DNA of 64,000 nucleotides from Nanobdellota archaeon (lineage in GTDB: Archaea > Nanobdellota > Nanobdellia > Woesearchaeales > UBA583), in contig JBMCRE010000003.1 in NCBI GenBank assembly GCA_048625195.1, positions 5,341 through 69,340 of the forward strand. Direction: 5' to 3'. The first letter of the stretch is position 1; each line of letters opens with the position of its first letter. The position numbers and the translations under genes are program-made. The notes below the pieces were generated by a model. The model saw only the letters and a list, made by a program, of their open reading frames with translations. It ran no database searches and had not been told where the DNA came from. This document shows positions 18,253-27,445 of this stretch, piece after piece.

Positions 18253-19432
18253 TGAGAATGAATCTAAAAAGAAAATATTATTTGTAATAGCATCATTAAA
18301 ATTAGGTGGTGGTGCAGAAAGAGTTGCAAGTATAATTGGCACACAATTATATAATAAAAAATATGACATTCATTTTTTAACTTTTTATGATAGAAGAGAA
18401 AAATATAATTTTAAAGGAAAATATTTTTCATTAAATGAAAAAGATAGTTCTAATATTCTAATTCAATCAAAAAAATTGATAAGTAGAGCAAGAGCTATTG
18501 CTAAATACTGCAAAAAACACAAAATTGATACATCAATTGGATTTATGGAAGAAGCAAATTTTCCATTAGTTTTAAGTAAACAATTATTTGGAAATAAAAG
18601 TAAAATTGTTGTGTCTCAAAGAGTTGATCCTTCAAAACAAAATGAAAAATATAGACATTTAACTAAATTTTTATATAATAAATCAAATAAAGTGGTTGCT
18701 TTATCAAGAGGAGTAGAAAATTTTTTACAAAAATCAATTGGTGTAAATTCAAAGAAAACAACTACTATATATAATACAATTAATTTAGAAAATATTAATG
18801 TTTTAAAAGAAGAAAAAATACCTTCTAAATATGCAAAAATTTTTACAAAAAAGAATAATATATTTATTAATATTGGTAGGTTAGAAAAACAAAAAGGTCA
18901 AAAATATTTAATAAAATCTTTTAAAAAATTAGTTGATTATAATAATAATTGTAAACTTATCATTTTAGGAGAGGGGAAATTAAGAAATGAACTTCAAAAT
19001 TTAATTAATTCTTTGAATTTGCAAAATAATGTATTTTTATTAGGAAATCAAAAAAATATTTTTCCTTTTATTCAAAAAAGTGATTGTTTTATATTTTCAT
19101 CAATATATGAGGGTTTCGGGAATGTTTTATTAGAAGCTTTATATTTAAATAAACCAATTATAAGTACAGATTGTAATTATGGTCCTAGGGAAGTCCTTGC
19201 TCCTAGTTTGAAAATTGATGAAGTTATCAAATATCCTTATTACGGAGAATTTGGAATTTTATTTAAACCTTTTTTAGATAAATCTTATATTGAAGAAAAA
19301 CAATTATTTGAATTAATGAGAGAAATAATAGAAAAAAAAGATTTAAAAGAGCAGTATTCACAAAAAGGAATAGAAAGGGTTAAAAACTTTTCAACAGAAA
19401 ATATAATTAAAGAATGGGAGAGAGTAGTATGA
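18245..19432 (+). CDS. Glycosyltransferase family 4
   Basis: SLKLGGGAERVASIIG N-terminus. SSIYEGFGNVLLEALYLNKPIISTD C-terminus. 8-nt overlap with the upstream gene. Confidence 0.85.
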   Translation: MSNENESKKKILFVIASLKLGGGAERVASIIGTQLYNKKYDIHFLTFYDRREKYNFKGKYFSLNEKDSSNILIQSKKLISRARAIAKYCKKHKIDTSIGFMEEANFPLVLSKQLFGNKSKIVVSQRVDPSKQNEKYRHLTKFLYNKSNKVVALSRGVENFLQKSIGVNSKKTTTIYNTINLENINVLKEEKIPSKYAKIFTKKNNIFINIGRLEKQKGQKYLIKSFKKLVDYNNNCKLIILGEGKLRNELQNLINSLNLQNNVFLLGNQKNIFPFIQKSDCFIFSSIYEGFGNVLLEALYLNKPIISTDCNYGPREVLAPSLKIDEVIKYPYYGEFGILFKPFLDKSYIEEKQLFELMREIIEKKDLKEQYSQKGIERVKNFSTENIIKEWERVV

Positions 19433-20082
19433 GAAAAATAAATCAAAAACAAGTTGAAAAAGAGCATTATGATTTTGATAATTATTCTAATTTAGAAAGA
19501 TTTACTGATTATTATTATCAAACAAAAATTATTATGAATTTTGAAGGAAAAAAAATATTAAATATTGGTGTGGGAGATAATATATTAACTTCCATTATAA
19601 AAGAATATAATAAATTTAAATCTAATAATAAAAAAATTAAATTTAAAACTTTTGATATTGATTCTCAATTAAAGCCAGATTATGTTGGAGATATATATAA
19701 TATAGATAAGTTTTTATTTAAAGAAAAATTTGAAGTTGTTTGTTTATTTGAGGTTTTAGAACATTTTCCAAAAAAAGATTTAAATTTATTATTGAGTAAA
19801 ATTTCAAATATTACTAATAAATATGTCATTATTAGTGTTCCTTCAGTTGGGATTACTCTTAATGGAATGATAAAATTTCCATATTTTAAAAAAATTAATT
19901 ATTTAATTAAATTTCCTATTTATAACAAGATAAATCATAAAGAACATTTTTGGGAAATAGGAAGAAAAAATATGAAAAAAAAAGAATTTGAAAAAATAAT
20001 TTCAAATAATTTCAAAATAAAAAAAACTTTTATTAATAAAGTACAAGGGAGTCATATGTTTTTTATATGTGAAAAAAAATAA
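19414..20082 (+). CDS. Methyltransferase-like protein (class I fold, divergent glycine loop)
   Basis: ILNIGVGDNILT in the motif I position and VVCLFEVLEHFPKKDL, typical of Methyltransf_11/23-type proteins. Confidence 0.55.
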   Translation: MGESSMRKINQKQVEKEHYDFDNYSNLERFTDYYYQTKIIMNFEGKKILNIGVGDNILTSIIKEYNKFKSNNKKIKFKTFDIDSQLKPDYVGDIYNIDKFLFKEKFEVVCLFEVLEHFPKKDLNLLLSKISNITNKYVIISVPSVGITLNGMIKFPYFKKINYLIKFPIYNKINHKEHFWEIGRKNMKKKEFEKIISNNFKIKKTFINKVQGSHMFFICEKK

Positions 20083-20725
20083 AATGAAAAAAATAAAAAA
20101 AGGGGTTTTTTTAGATAAAAAAAACAAAATTGTTTATAAATATATTAATTTATCTTTTAAAGAACCAATGAATATTCTCTCCCAAGAATTTCAAAATCTA
20201 AAAGAAGCACAGAATTTTAAAACTAATTCTAATATTAGATTTCCTGAACCAATTAGTTTTAATAAGAAAGAAAAATATTTTACTATGAAGTTTATTGGAG
20301 GAAAAAATTTAAAAGATATTACTAATCCAATTATTTACAAAATTTTTGGCAGAGAATTAAAAAAAATTCATGAAGAAGGATTTACTCATAGTCATCTTGA
20401 AATTCATGATGTTATATATAAAAAACCTTATTTTTATTTAGTTGATTTAATGAGAGTAAATAAAAACAATAAATTGTGTGACTATGTAAGAATATTATTA
20501 AGTTTGTATTTATATATGATAAAAAAACCTTATAGATATTACAAATATAAAAAATGTTTAATGGCATTTAAAGAAGGTTATAATTTAAATGATAAAAAAA
20601 TAGAAAAAAAATATTTTGAAGAAGAATTAGATTTAACTATTAATCTTTATAAAAAAGGAAATTTTATAAACAAGTCAAAAGCATTAATAGTAGATAAAGT
20701 AGTAAGAAAAATTGCTTTAAAGTAA
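20069..20725 (+). CDS. Small protein-kinase-like fold protein (Kdo/WaaP/Bud32-like) with a substituted catalytic loop
   Basis: The order of elements matches small PKL kinases: ...FTMKFIGGKNLKDI...LKKIHEEGFTHSHLEIHDVIY...FYLVDLMRV. The usual HGD(L/l)...N and DF(G) read HSHL...D and DL. Confidence 0.4.
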   Translation: MKKNKMKKIKKGVFLDKKNKIVYKYINLSFKEPMNILSQEFQNLKEAQNFKTNSNIRFPEPISFNKKEKYFTMKFIGGKNLKDITNPIIYKIFGRELKKIHEEGFTHSHLEIHDVIYKKPYFYLVDLMRVNKNNKLCDYVRILLSLYLYMIKKPYRYYKYKKCLMAFKEGYNLNDKKIEKKYFEEELDLTINLYKKGNFINKSKALIVDKVVRKIALK

Positions 20726-20728
20726 AAA

Positions 20729-21559
20729 ATGAAAGATAAAAGATTAGTAAGACTAGAGCAAGGAAAAAATCGAGGAAAGAATGTAGAACAAGTTTTTAAA
20801 TTGTATAAAAATGATTTTAAAAATTTAAAAATATTAGATATAGGTTGTGGTTTTGGTTCATTAACTTTAGATTTTGCAAAAGAGTTTAAAAAAGTACACT
20901 CTATAGATGCAGGTAATAAGCAAATTGAAACAACAAAAAAAAGAGTAAAAGAAAATAATTTAAAAAATGTTTCAGTCCATAAAGACAATGCCTTAAATCT
21001 TAAAACAACTAATGATAAATTTGACATAATACATTTAACAGGAGTTTTTGAATGGCTTAGAGCAGGAGATTTAAATAAGTCAGCATACCAAACGCAAAAT
21101 ATATTTTTAAAAAATATTAAAAACAATATGAATGATGATGCAATTTTATATTCGGGAACTGAAAATAAAGGATTTCCTTTTTTTTGGATAAAAGATCCTC
21201 ACAACGATAAGTGGCCATTAATGGTATTACTTCCAGAAAAACTATCTGATTTTATTTTCAAAATATTCAAAAATAGAAAATACACAGCAAAAATTTACAC
21301 ATATTGGACTTTAAAAAAAATGTTTAAAAAACACTTTAAAAAAGTAGATTTCTACATTCCAATTCCTCACTATCAATATGTATTTGAGTTTGCAGATATT
21401 AATAATCGAAAAGAAATTATTCAAAAATGTAATAAAGTTTTAAAAACTAAAAAATTAGATTTCAAACATAAAGTTAGTGTTAAATGGATAAAATGGACAA
21501 CAAGATTTGGATTAATTAAATTATTTACGCCAGGTTTTATAACTGTTGTTAAAAAATGA
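20729..21559 (+). CDS. Class I SAM-dependent methyltransferase
   Basis: ILDIGCGFGSLTLDFA motif I and FDIIHLTGVFEWL. Confidence 0.75.
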   Translation: MKDKRLVRLEQGKNRGKNVEQVFKLYKNDFKNLKILDIGCGFGSLTLDFAKEFKKVHSIDAGNKQIETTKKRVKENNLKNVSVHKDNALNLKTTNDKFDIIHLTGVFEWLRAGDLNKSAYQTQNIFLKNIKNNMNDDAILYSGTENKGFPFFWIKDPHNDKWPLMVLLPEKLSDFIFKIFKNRKYTAKIYTYWTLKKMFKKHFKKVDFYIPIPHYQYVFEFADINNRKEIIQKCNKVLKTKKLDFKHKVSVKWIKWTTRFGLIKLFTPGFITVVKK

Positions 21560-22644
21560 AAATAAAATTTTTTACTCTCTATCATAATAATTTAATAGAT
21601 TTTACAAATGAGTTAAAAAAAAGACAAAAAATTGTATTTATGTTACCTCAAAAATATAAAAAACTTCAAATTCTAAACAAAGAAGAAATAGAATATTTAA
21701 ATTATAGAAATTTAAAATTATTTGGTAAAACTACTATGTATTATCCAATATTTAAACTTTTTAAAAGTATTAAAAAAGATGATACACATATAATTGTAAA
21801 ACATCTTTTTCAGCCAATTAATTTTTTAATATTTCTTATATGTAAATTTAAAAAAAAACAATTAATAATATATCAACAAGATTTAAATGAAATAAATTCA
21901 AAATTCAAAATTTTATTTATAAAATCTTTTTTTAAACTGATAACTCCTAAGAATATAAAAGCATTTAGTGTTACAAAACAAGGAACAAATGAATTAAAAA
22001 AATATCTAAACCATGTAAAATATATACCTATGCCAATTGAAGATGAAAAATTTTCTAAAAGAAAACCTAAACAAAACAAAAAAGAACTAAACATCCTAAC
22101 AGTTGGAAAATTAACACAAGATATTAAAAATCATTCTTTTTTGGTAAAATCAATTGAAAAAATCAAACAAAATAATCCAAATATCAAAATAAATTTAACT
22201 TTAATTGGTGCCTTTAAAGAACAAAATGACATATACAATAACTTGTTAAAAATCACAAAAAAATCTAATTTGGATAATATAAACATTATAAAAAATATGC
22301 CATATAACAAAATTCAAAAAGAATTTGCTAAACATGATTTATTTATCTTGCCTTCTATAAAAGAATCTTTAGGTTATTCAATAATAGAGGCAATGTCTGC
22401 AGGACTCCCGATTATATGTTCAAATACTTGTGGTGCTAAAAGTTATATTGAAAATAATAAAAATGGATATATATTTAATTTAAAAAAAGAAAATGACCTA
22501 CAATATAAAATTCAAAATTTTATTAAAAATAATGCAATAGATACTAATAAGATAAATCAGATGTCAAAAAACAATATAGAAATAATAAAGAACAACCACG
22601 ACCCCAAAACTAATGTTGAAAAATTTAGTAAATTATTAAAATAA
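21556..22644 (+). CDS. Glycosyltransferase family 4
   Basis: C-terminal LPSIKESLGYSIIEAMSAGLPIICSNTCGAKSYIENNKNGYIF. 4-nt overlap with the upstream gene. Confidence 0.8.
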   Translation: MKIKFFTLYHNNLIDFTNELKKRQKIVFMLPQKYKKLQILNKEEIEYLNYRNLKLFGKTTMYYPIFKLFKSIKKDDTHIIVKHLFQPINFLIFLICKFKKKQLIIYQQDLNEINSKFKILFIKSFFKLITPKNIKAFSVTKQGTNELKKYLNHVKYIPMPIEDEKFSKRKPKQNKKELNILTVGKLTQDIKNHSFLVKSIEKIKQNNPNIKINLTLIGAFKEQNDIYNNLLKITKKSNLDNINIIKNMPYNKIQKEFAKHDLFILPSIKESLGYSIIEAMSAGLPIICSNTCGAKSYIENNKNGYIFNLKKENDLQYKIQNFIKNNAIDTNKINQMSKNNIEIIKNNHDPKTNVEKFSKLLK

Positions 22645-22680
22645 AAAGTTTTTTAAAAAAGTTTTAATAAAAATAATATA

Positions 22681-23556
22681 ATGGAATTTAAACTAGACTT
22701 TTTAGGAATTGGTGCACAAAAAGCAGGAACAACCTGGCTATATGAAATGCTCTCTCAACATCCTCAAATAAATATGGGAGATGAAAAAGAAATTAATTTT
22801 TTTAATGATAAGAGTTCATTTAATTCCAAAAAAATTGAAAAAAATTACCTAAAAGGAATGTCTTGGTATAAAAAGCAAATTAATCCAAAAAAAAATAAAA
22901 TCAATGGAGAAATCAGTCCAAACTACCTTTTTGATAAAAAAGTGCCTCAAAGAATTAAAAAACACTTCCCAAACACGAAAATAATAGTTGTTCTAAGAAA
23001 TCCTATTAGTAGAGCATACTCACAATTTGAATTTGTAAGCAAAACATTTCATATAGAAAACTCTTTTTTTAAAGCAATCAAAAAACAACCAGAATTCATA
23101 CAAAGAAGTCTCTACTATAAGCAATTAAAAAGATATTACGACTTATTTAAGAAAGACCAAATAAAAGTTCTATTTTTTGAAGATATTAAAAACAATCCTC
23201 AAAAAATAATAAAAGAAGTTGAAGAATTTCTCAAAATAAAACATTTCACACCAAATAATCTAAACAAAAAGGTAAATAAAACTACTTATCCAAGATTTAA
23301 AATAATAAACAAAATACTAACAAAAATTCAAAAAATTAAAACTACTAAATTAGGTAAAAAACTATGGAAAAACAAATATTTTTGGAAACTAAACAGACAA
23401 TTCATAAGTATAATTAAAAAAATCAATCTAAAAGAAGGAAAAAGAATTCAACTATCAAATAAAGATAAAAAATATCTCTACGAAAATTACTTCAAAGAAG
23501 ATATAAAACAATTAGAAAAATTACTAAATAAAGACTTGTCAAGTTGGAAATACTAA
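22681..23556 (+). CDS. PAPS-dependent sulfotransferase
   Basis: 5'-PSB loop GIGAQKAGTTWLYEML and 3'-PB motif VVLRNPISRAYSQF. Confidence 0.8.
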   Translation: MEFKLDFLGIGAQKAGTTWLYEMLSQHPQINMGDEKEINFFNDKSSFNSKKIEKNYLKGMSWYKKQINPKKNKINGEISPNYLFDKKVPQRIKKHFPNTKIIVVLRNPISRAYSQFEFVSKTFHIENSFFKAIKKQPEFIQRSLYYKQLKRYYDLFKKDQIKVLFFEDIKNNPQKIIKEVEEFLKIKHFTPNNLNKKVNKTTYPRFKIINKILTKIQKIKTTKLGKKLWKNKYFWKLNRQFISIIKKINLKEGKRIQLSNKDKKYLYENYFKEDIKQLEKLLNKDLSSWKY

Positions 23557-25088
23557 ATAAATCTTTTCAAAATCCTCTTAACAAACCCTAAATTAACTCC
23601 CAATTTTTTCTCAATTAATATCAATATCTTTATATCTTCTTTATCAAATATTTTTAATATAAATAATAAGAATATAAATAATCCCATATAAACTCCCCCA
23701 CCTAAAACCAAATCAAAATATTTATTTATATCTAAAATTCTATAAACAATAGCTCCTAATAAAACAGATGGTACTCCTGCAATAAAACATTTTAAATAAT
23801 AAATCCAATCTAATTTTAAACTAATGTGTTTATTTGCTTTGATATATAATAATGAATTTTGTAAAATAAAAGATATAGATGTTGCAATAGCAGCTCCTAT
23901 AATTCCAATTAATGGAATTAAAATTAAATTTAAAATCAGATTAAATCCAGCAATAAAAATGTTGTTATAAAAGATAGATTTAGTTTTTCCTTTTGCAAAA
24001 AGTATTTGTTGATTTAATCCAAACATAATATTAATTAATAATCCTATAGATATTATCATTAAAGGTATATATGCATTAATATAACTTTTATCATATAATA
24101 ACAATATAATTTGTTTAGAAAAAACTATTATTACTAAAAATATAGGTAATGTTAAAGAGAATATCCAATTAGTTCCTTTTTTATATAAATATTTTATTTC
24201 TTCATAGTTTTTCTGTGCAAATTTTTGTGAAATTATAGGAGAAAAAATATTTGTCATATTTGACCTAATTGTATATAAAAACATTGCCATAGAAAATGCA
24301 ACAGAATAAATACCAAGTTCAGTAGGACTTAAAAATTTTGCAATAATTATTTTATCACCCCAATTATAAACAAAACTCATAAATCCTGAAAAAAATAAAG
24401 GTAAAGAAAATAAAAACCAATTTTTATATTCTTTTTTTTTCTCTTTTTCTTTTATTAAAAATTTATCTTTATATAAAACAAAAATAATAAAACTATATGT
24501 AAATCTAATAATTGCAATAATTAATAATAAATAAATTAAAATAATAATTTCTAGATTAAAATAAATAATTAATAATATTCCAACAATTAAAGATAATTTA
24601 TTTATTACATTAAAACTAATATTTGTATGTAAATACATCTTATTACTAAGAAATAACTTTCCTGTAATTTGAGAGAACATCCTAAAGGGAATAATAATTG
24701 CAATTATTTGAATAAACTTAGAAAAAATAGAAGGAAAATTAAAAAAATTAGTAATATGACCAGAAAATATAAATAATAAAATTCCTACTACAAAAGACAA
24801 AGATAAAGGTATTAAAAAAATAAATTCCATATAACCTTTTAATTTTGCTTTACTTGTTTCTCTATAATATGTGAAATACCTTAGAATTGAATTAGTAATT
24901 CCTAATCCTGCAAGCATAATTGACAAACCTAAAATTGTTTCAACCAAAGAAAAAAATCCAAAATTTTCTGGACCAAAATAATTTGCAGCCAAAATATTAA
25001 AAATAAGTGTTGTAATAGATGCAAAAATAGCAAAAATAAGATTTATGCTAGTTCCTTTAGCAAGCGAATTGAGATCTTTTGAAGTCAT
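23553..25088 (-). CDS. Wzx-type polysaccharide/oligosaccharide flippase (MOP superfamily)
   Basis: 511-aa protein with about 12-14 hydrophobic segments. The N-terminal KGTSINLIFAIFASITTLIFNILAANYFGPENFGFFSLV is typical of polysaccharide biosynthesis (PF01943-like) proteins. It converges on the sulfotransferase with a 4-nt overlap. Confidence 0.75.
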   Translation of the reverse strand: MTSKDLNSLAKGTSINLIFAIFASITTLIFNILAANYFGPENFGFFSLVETILGLSIMLAGLGITNSILRYFTYYRETSKAKLKGYMEFIFLIPLSLSFVVGILLFIFSGHITNFFNFPSIFSKFIQIIAIIIPFRMFSQITGKLFLSNKMYLHTNISFNVINKLSLIVGILLIIYFNLEIIILIYLLLIIAIIRFTYSFIIFVLYKDKFLIKEKEKKKEYKNWFLFSLPLFFSGFMSFVYNWGDKIIIAKFLSPTELGIYSVAFSMAMFLYTIRSNMTNIFSPIISQKFAQKNYEEIKYLYKKGTNWIFSLTLPIFLVIIVFSKQIILLLYDKSYINAYIPLMIISIGLLINIMFGLNQQILFAKGKTKSIFYNNIFIAGFNLILNLILIPLIGIIGAAIATSISFILQNSLLYIKANKHISLKLDWIYYLKCFIAGVPSVLLGAIVYRILDINKYFDLVLGGGVYMGLFIFLLFILKIFDKEDIKILILIEKKLGVNLGFVKRILKRFI

Positions 25089-25190
25089 TTATATATTTAA
25101 TAATTATTTAATTTTAAACTTTTGCAAAAAAATAAAATAAATTATAAAATTCATATTTTAAATATAATTTAAACAAAATAACTAAATATT

Positions 25191-25607
25191 TTAATTATCA
25201 GATTGTAAAAATATTTTTATTTCATCAATGAAATCTAAAAAAACATTTTTTTCTTTTACAACTTCATAAATTTTTCTTTTATTTAATTTACCATATTGAT
25301 GAGCTAACATATTTCTTTGATAAATAAAACTACTTAATTTCTTAGAAACTTTTAAACTTAAAACTTTATTATTATTTAAAATTTCGTATATTTCTCTGTA
25401 TTTTAGAGGAGTCTCAAATTTTTTTGTACTAATTATTTCTTCTCCAATCTCTATTGTAGAGTTTATAATGTTAAAAATACACATGCAAGATGATAATAGT
25501 TTTTGTCTATTTGTTATCAAATCATTAAAATCTTTAATCTCTAAATCATTAATATCTTTTAGATATGTTAAAATTTCTTCAATCTCATAATTAATTTTTT
25601 CATTCAT
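25191..25607 (-). CDS. HEPN (DUF86/HepT) toxin
   Basis: R-x4-H motif in IYQRNMLAHQY. It is adjacent to a minimal nucleotidyltransferase. Confidence 0.7.
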   Translation of the reverse strand: MNEKINYEIEEILTYLKDINDLEIKDFNDLITNRQKLLSSCMCIFNIINSTIEIGEEIISTKKFETPLKYREIYEILNNNKVLSLKVSKKLSSFIYQRNMLAHQYGKLNKRKIYEVVKEKNVFLDFIDEIKIFLQSDN

Positions 25608-25608
25608 T

Positions 25609-25992
25609 TTATATAATAGGCAATAATCCTTTTCTTATATATATTCTATTTAATTTTGGTCTAAAATCAAACCATTGATTAGTAATATTATGTTTTAGAG
25701 TATTTAAATTTATCTTACTTTTGAAAACAACGCCGTATGTCATAATTTTATATTGCATAGGAAGTCCTAAATCATCAAATATGTTAATATCTAATTCATC
25801 AGTTTTGTAAAAATAAATTTTATTTTTTTTATTCATATTTAAATTACTTTTTGTAATAACACATATGTCCAAATCAGAATTACAATTATAGTTATTATTA
25901 GCATATGAGCCAAATATGATAATACTATCTACAAAATCAAAATTATATATTTTTTCTAAATCAGACCTGTATTTATTTAATAAATTTTTCAT
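25609..25992 (-). CDS. Minimal nucleotidyltransferase (MNT) antitoxin
   Basis: IIIFGSYANNNYNCNSDLDICVI (G-S ... D-x-D). 1-nt gap to the HEPN gene. Confidence 0.7.
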   Translation of the reverse strand: MKNLLNKYRSDLEKIYNFDFVDSIIIFGSYANNNYNCNSDLDICVITKSNLNMNKKNKIYFYKTDELDINIFDDLGLPMQYKIMTYGVVFKSKINLNTLKHNITNQWFDFRPKLNRIYIRKGLLPII

Positions 25993-26103
25993 TTAAATAT
26001 TATTATATATTATAATTTATAAAACTTATTAAATAAAAAAGATTTTTATTTTTTAAAATAAATTAAAACAAAACTTATAAAATAATATTTTTTTTATTAA
26101 ATT

Positions 26104-27417
26104 ATGAATATAAATTTAGATGAGTTGTTTGAAAAATTAAAAGAAATTGGTGATGAGATATTAAAAATATATAATTCGGATTTTAGTTATGAAAGTAAAG
26201 ATGATAATTCTCCTTTAACAAAAGCTGATATGTTATCACATGAGATGCTAAAAAATTATTTAAAGAAAATAACTAATTATCCAATTTTATCTGAAGAGAG
26301 TAAGAATTTTCAAACAGATGATGAAAATCAAAAAATTTGGATAATTGATCCTCTTGATGGAACTAAAGATTTTATTGGAAAAACAGATGAATTTTCTATT
26401 ATGATTGCTTTAATAGAAAATAAAAAACCTATTTTAGGAATAGTTTATGTTCCTGCTTTAGATATAATTTATTATGCTCAAAGAGGAATGGGAGCAAAAA
26501 AGATTGAAAATAATATTGAAACAAAATTAGAAGTTTCAAATAAAACATTATTTAAAGATTCAAGAGTGATAGTTAGTAGAAACAATATAAGGGAGGAAGA
26601 TAAATCTTTGTTAAATAAATTAGGTGTTAAAAATTATAAACAAATGGGTAGTGTGGGAATTAAATTTGGAGAAATTGCAAAAGGTTCTGCTGAATTATGT
26701 TTTTATACGACTTCAAAAATTGGAATTTGGGATTGTGCTCCTTCTCATATAATATTAAAAGAAGCTGGTGGTGATGTTTTTGATAATAGAGGATTAGATC
26801 CTACTTATGATTTAAAAAATAAGAAAATGAAAAATGGTTTTTTTGGAACAAATTCTTATTTAGATAAAAATAAAATACTTAAAGCATTAAATTTTTTAAA
26901 TGGCTTTGTTTTATGGTTTACAGGTTTATCAGGTGCTGGTAAAACAACTTTAGCAAATGAAGTTAGTAAAAATTTGTATTCTTTAGATATAGTTTGTCAA
27001 AGATTAAATGGAGATGAAATGAGAGAACATATAACTTCTGATTTGACATATAATAGAGAAGATAGAATAAAAAATATAAAAAGAGTTTCTTATATTGCAA
27101 ATTTGTTGAGTAAAAATAATATAAAAGTTGTAGCAGATTTCATAACCCCTTATAGAGAAATGAGAGAATATTTGAGAGATAATATTTGTAATTATATAGA
27201 AGTATTTGTTTATGCTCCTTTGGAAGAATGTGAAAAAAGAGATATTAAAGGATTGTATAAAAGAGCAAGAGAAGGAAAAATTGAACATTTTACAGGTATA
27301 GATGATAGATTTGATAATCCAATTAAACCTCATATAATAGTAAATACAAAAGAAGAAGAAATAGAACAAAGCGTTGAAAAGATACTAAATTATCTAAAAA
27401 AAAATAAGTTTTTCTAA
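26104..27417 (+). CDS. Fusion protein: CysQ-like 3'(2'),5'-bisphosphate nucleotidase (N-terminus) plus adenylylsulfate (APS) kinase (C-terminus)
   Basis: The N-terminal half has ILSEES, WIIDPLDGTKDFI and WDCAPSHIILKEAGG (inositol monophosphatase/CysQ family). The C-terminal half has LWFTGLSGAGKTTLA, LNGDEMR, ADFITPYREMR, RDIKGLYKRAREGKIEHFTGIDDRFDNP (APS kinase). The domain junction is near nt 26890. Confidence 0.8.
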   Translation: MNINLDELFEKLKEIGDEILKIYNSDFSYESKDDNSPLTKADMLSHEMLKNYLKKITNYPILSEESKNFQTDDENQKIWIIDPLDGTKDFIGKTDEFSIMIALIENKKPILGIVYVPALDIIYYAQRGMGAKKIENNIETKLEVSNKTLFKDSRVIVSRNNIREEDKSLLNKLGVKNYKQMGSVGIKFGEIAKGSAELCFYTTSKIGIWDCAPSHIILKEAGGDVFDNRGLDPTYDLKNKKMKNGFFGTNSYLDKNKILKALNFLNGFVLWFTGLSGAGKTTLANEVSKNLYSLDIVCQRLNGDEMREHITSDLTYNREDRIKNIKRVSYIANLLSKNNIKVVADFITPYREMREYLRDNICNYIEVFVYAPLEECEKRDIKGLYKRAREGKIEHFTGIDDRFDNPIKPHIIVNTKEEEIEQSVEKILNYLKKNKFF

Positions 27418-27445
27418 ATTCCATAAATCTAACTTAATAAATTAT

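Noticed and set aside
20647-21126. 159-aa minus-strand ORF inside the glycan operon, plus similar shadows at 9685..9867, 17805..18080, 19285..19467 and 21873..22094
   Set aside because: All overlap well-supported plus-strand enzymes (GT4 and methyltransferases) and have Phe/Leu/Ser-rich shadow-frame composition.
27004-27369. 121-aa minus-strand ORF
   Set aside because: It is antisense to the APS-kinase half of the CysQ-CysC fusion. Its composition (I/F/Y/S rich) is typical of a shadow frame.
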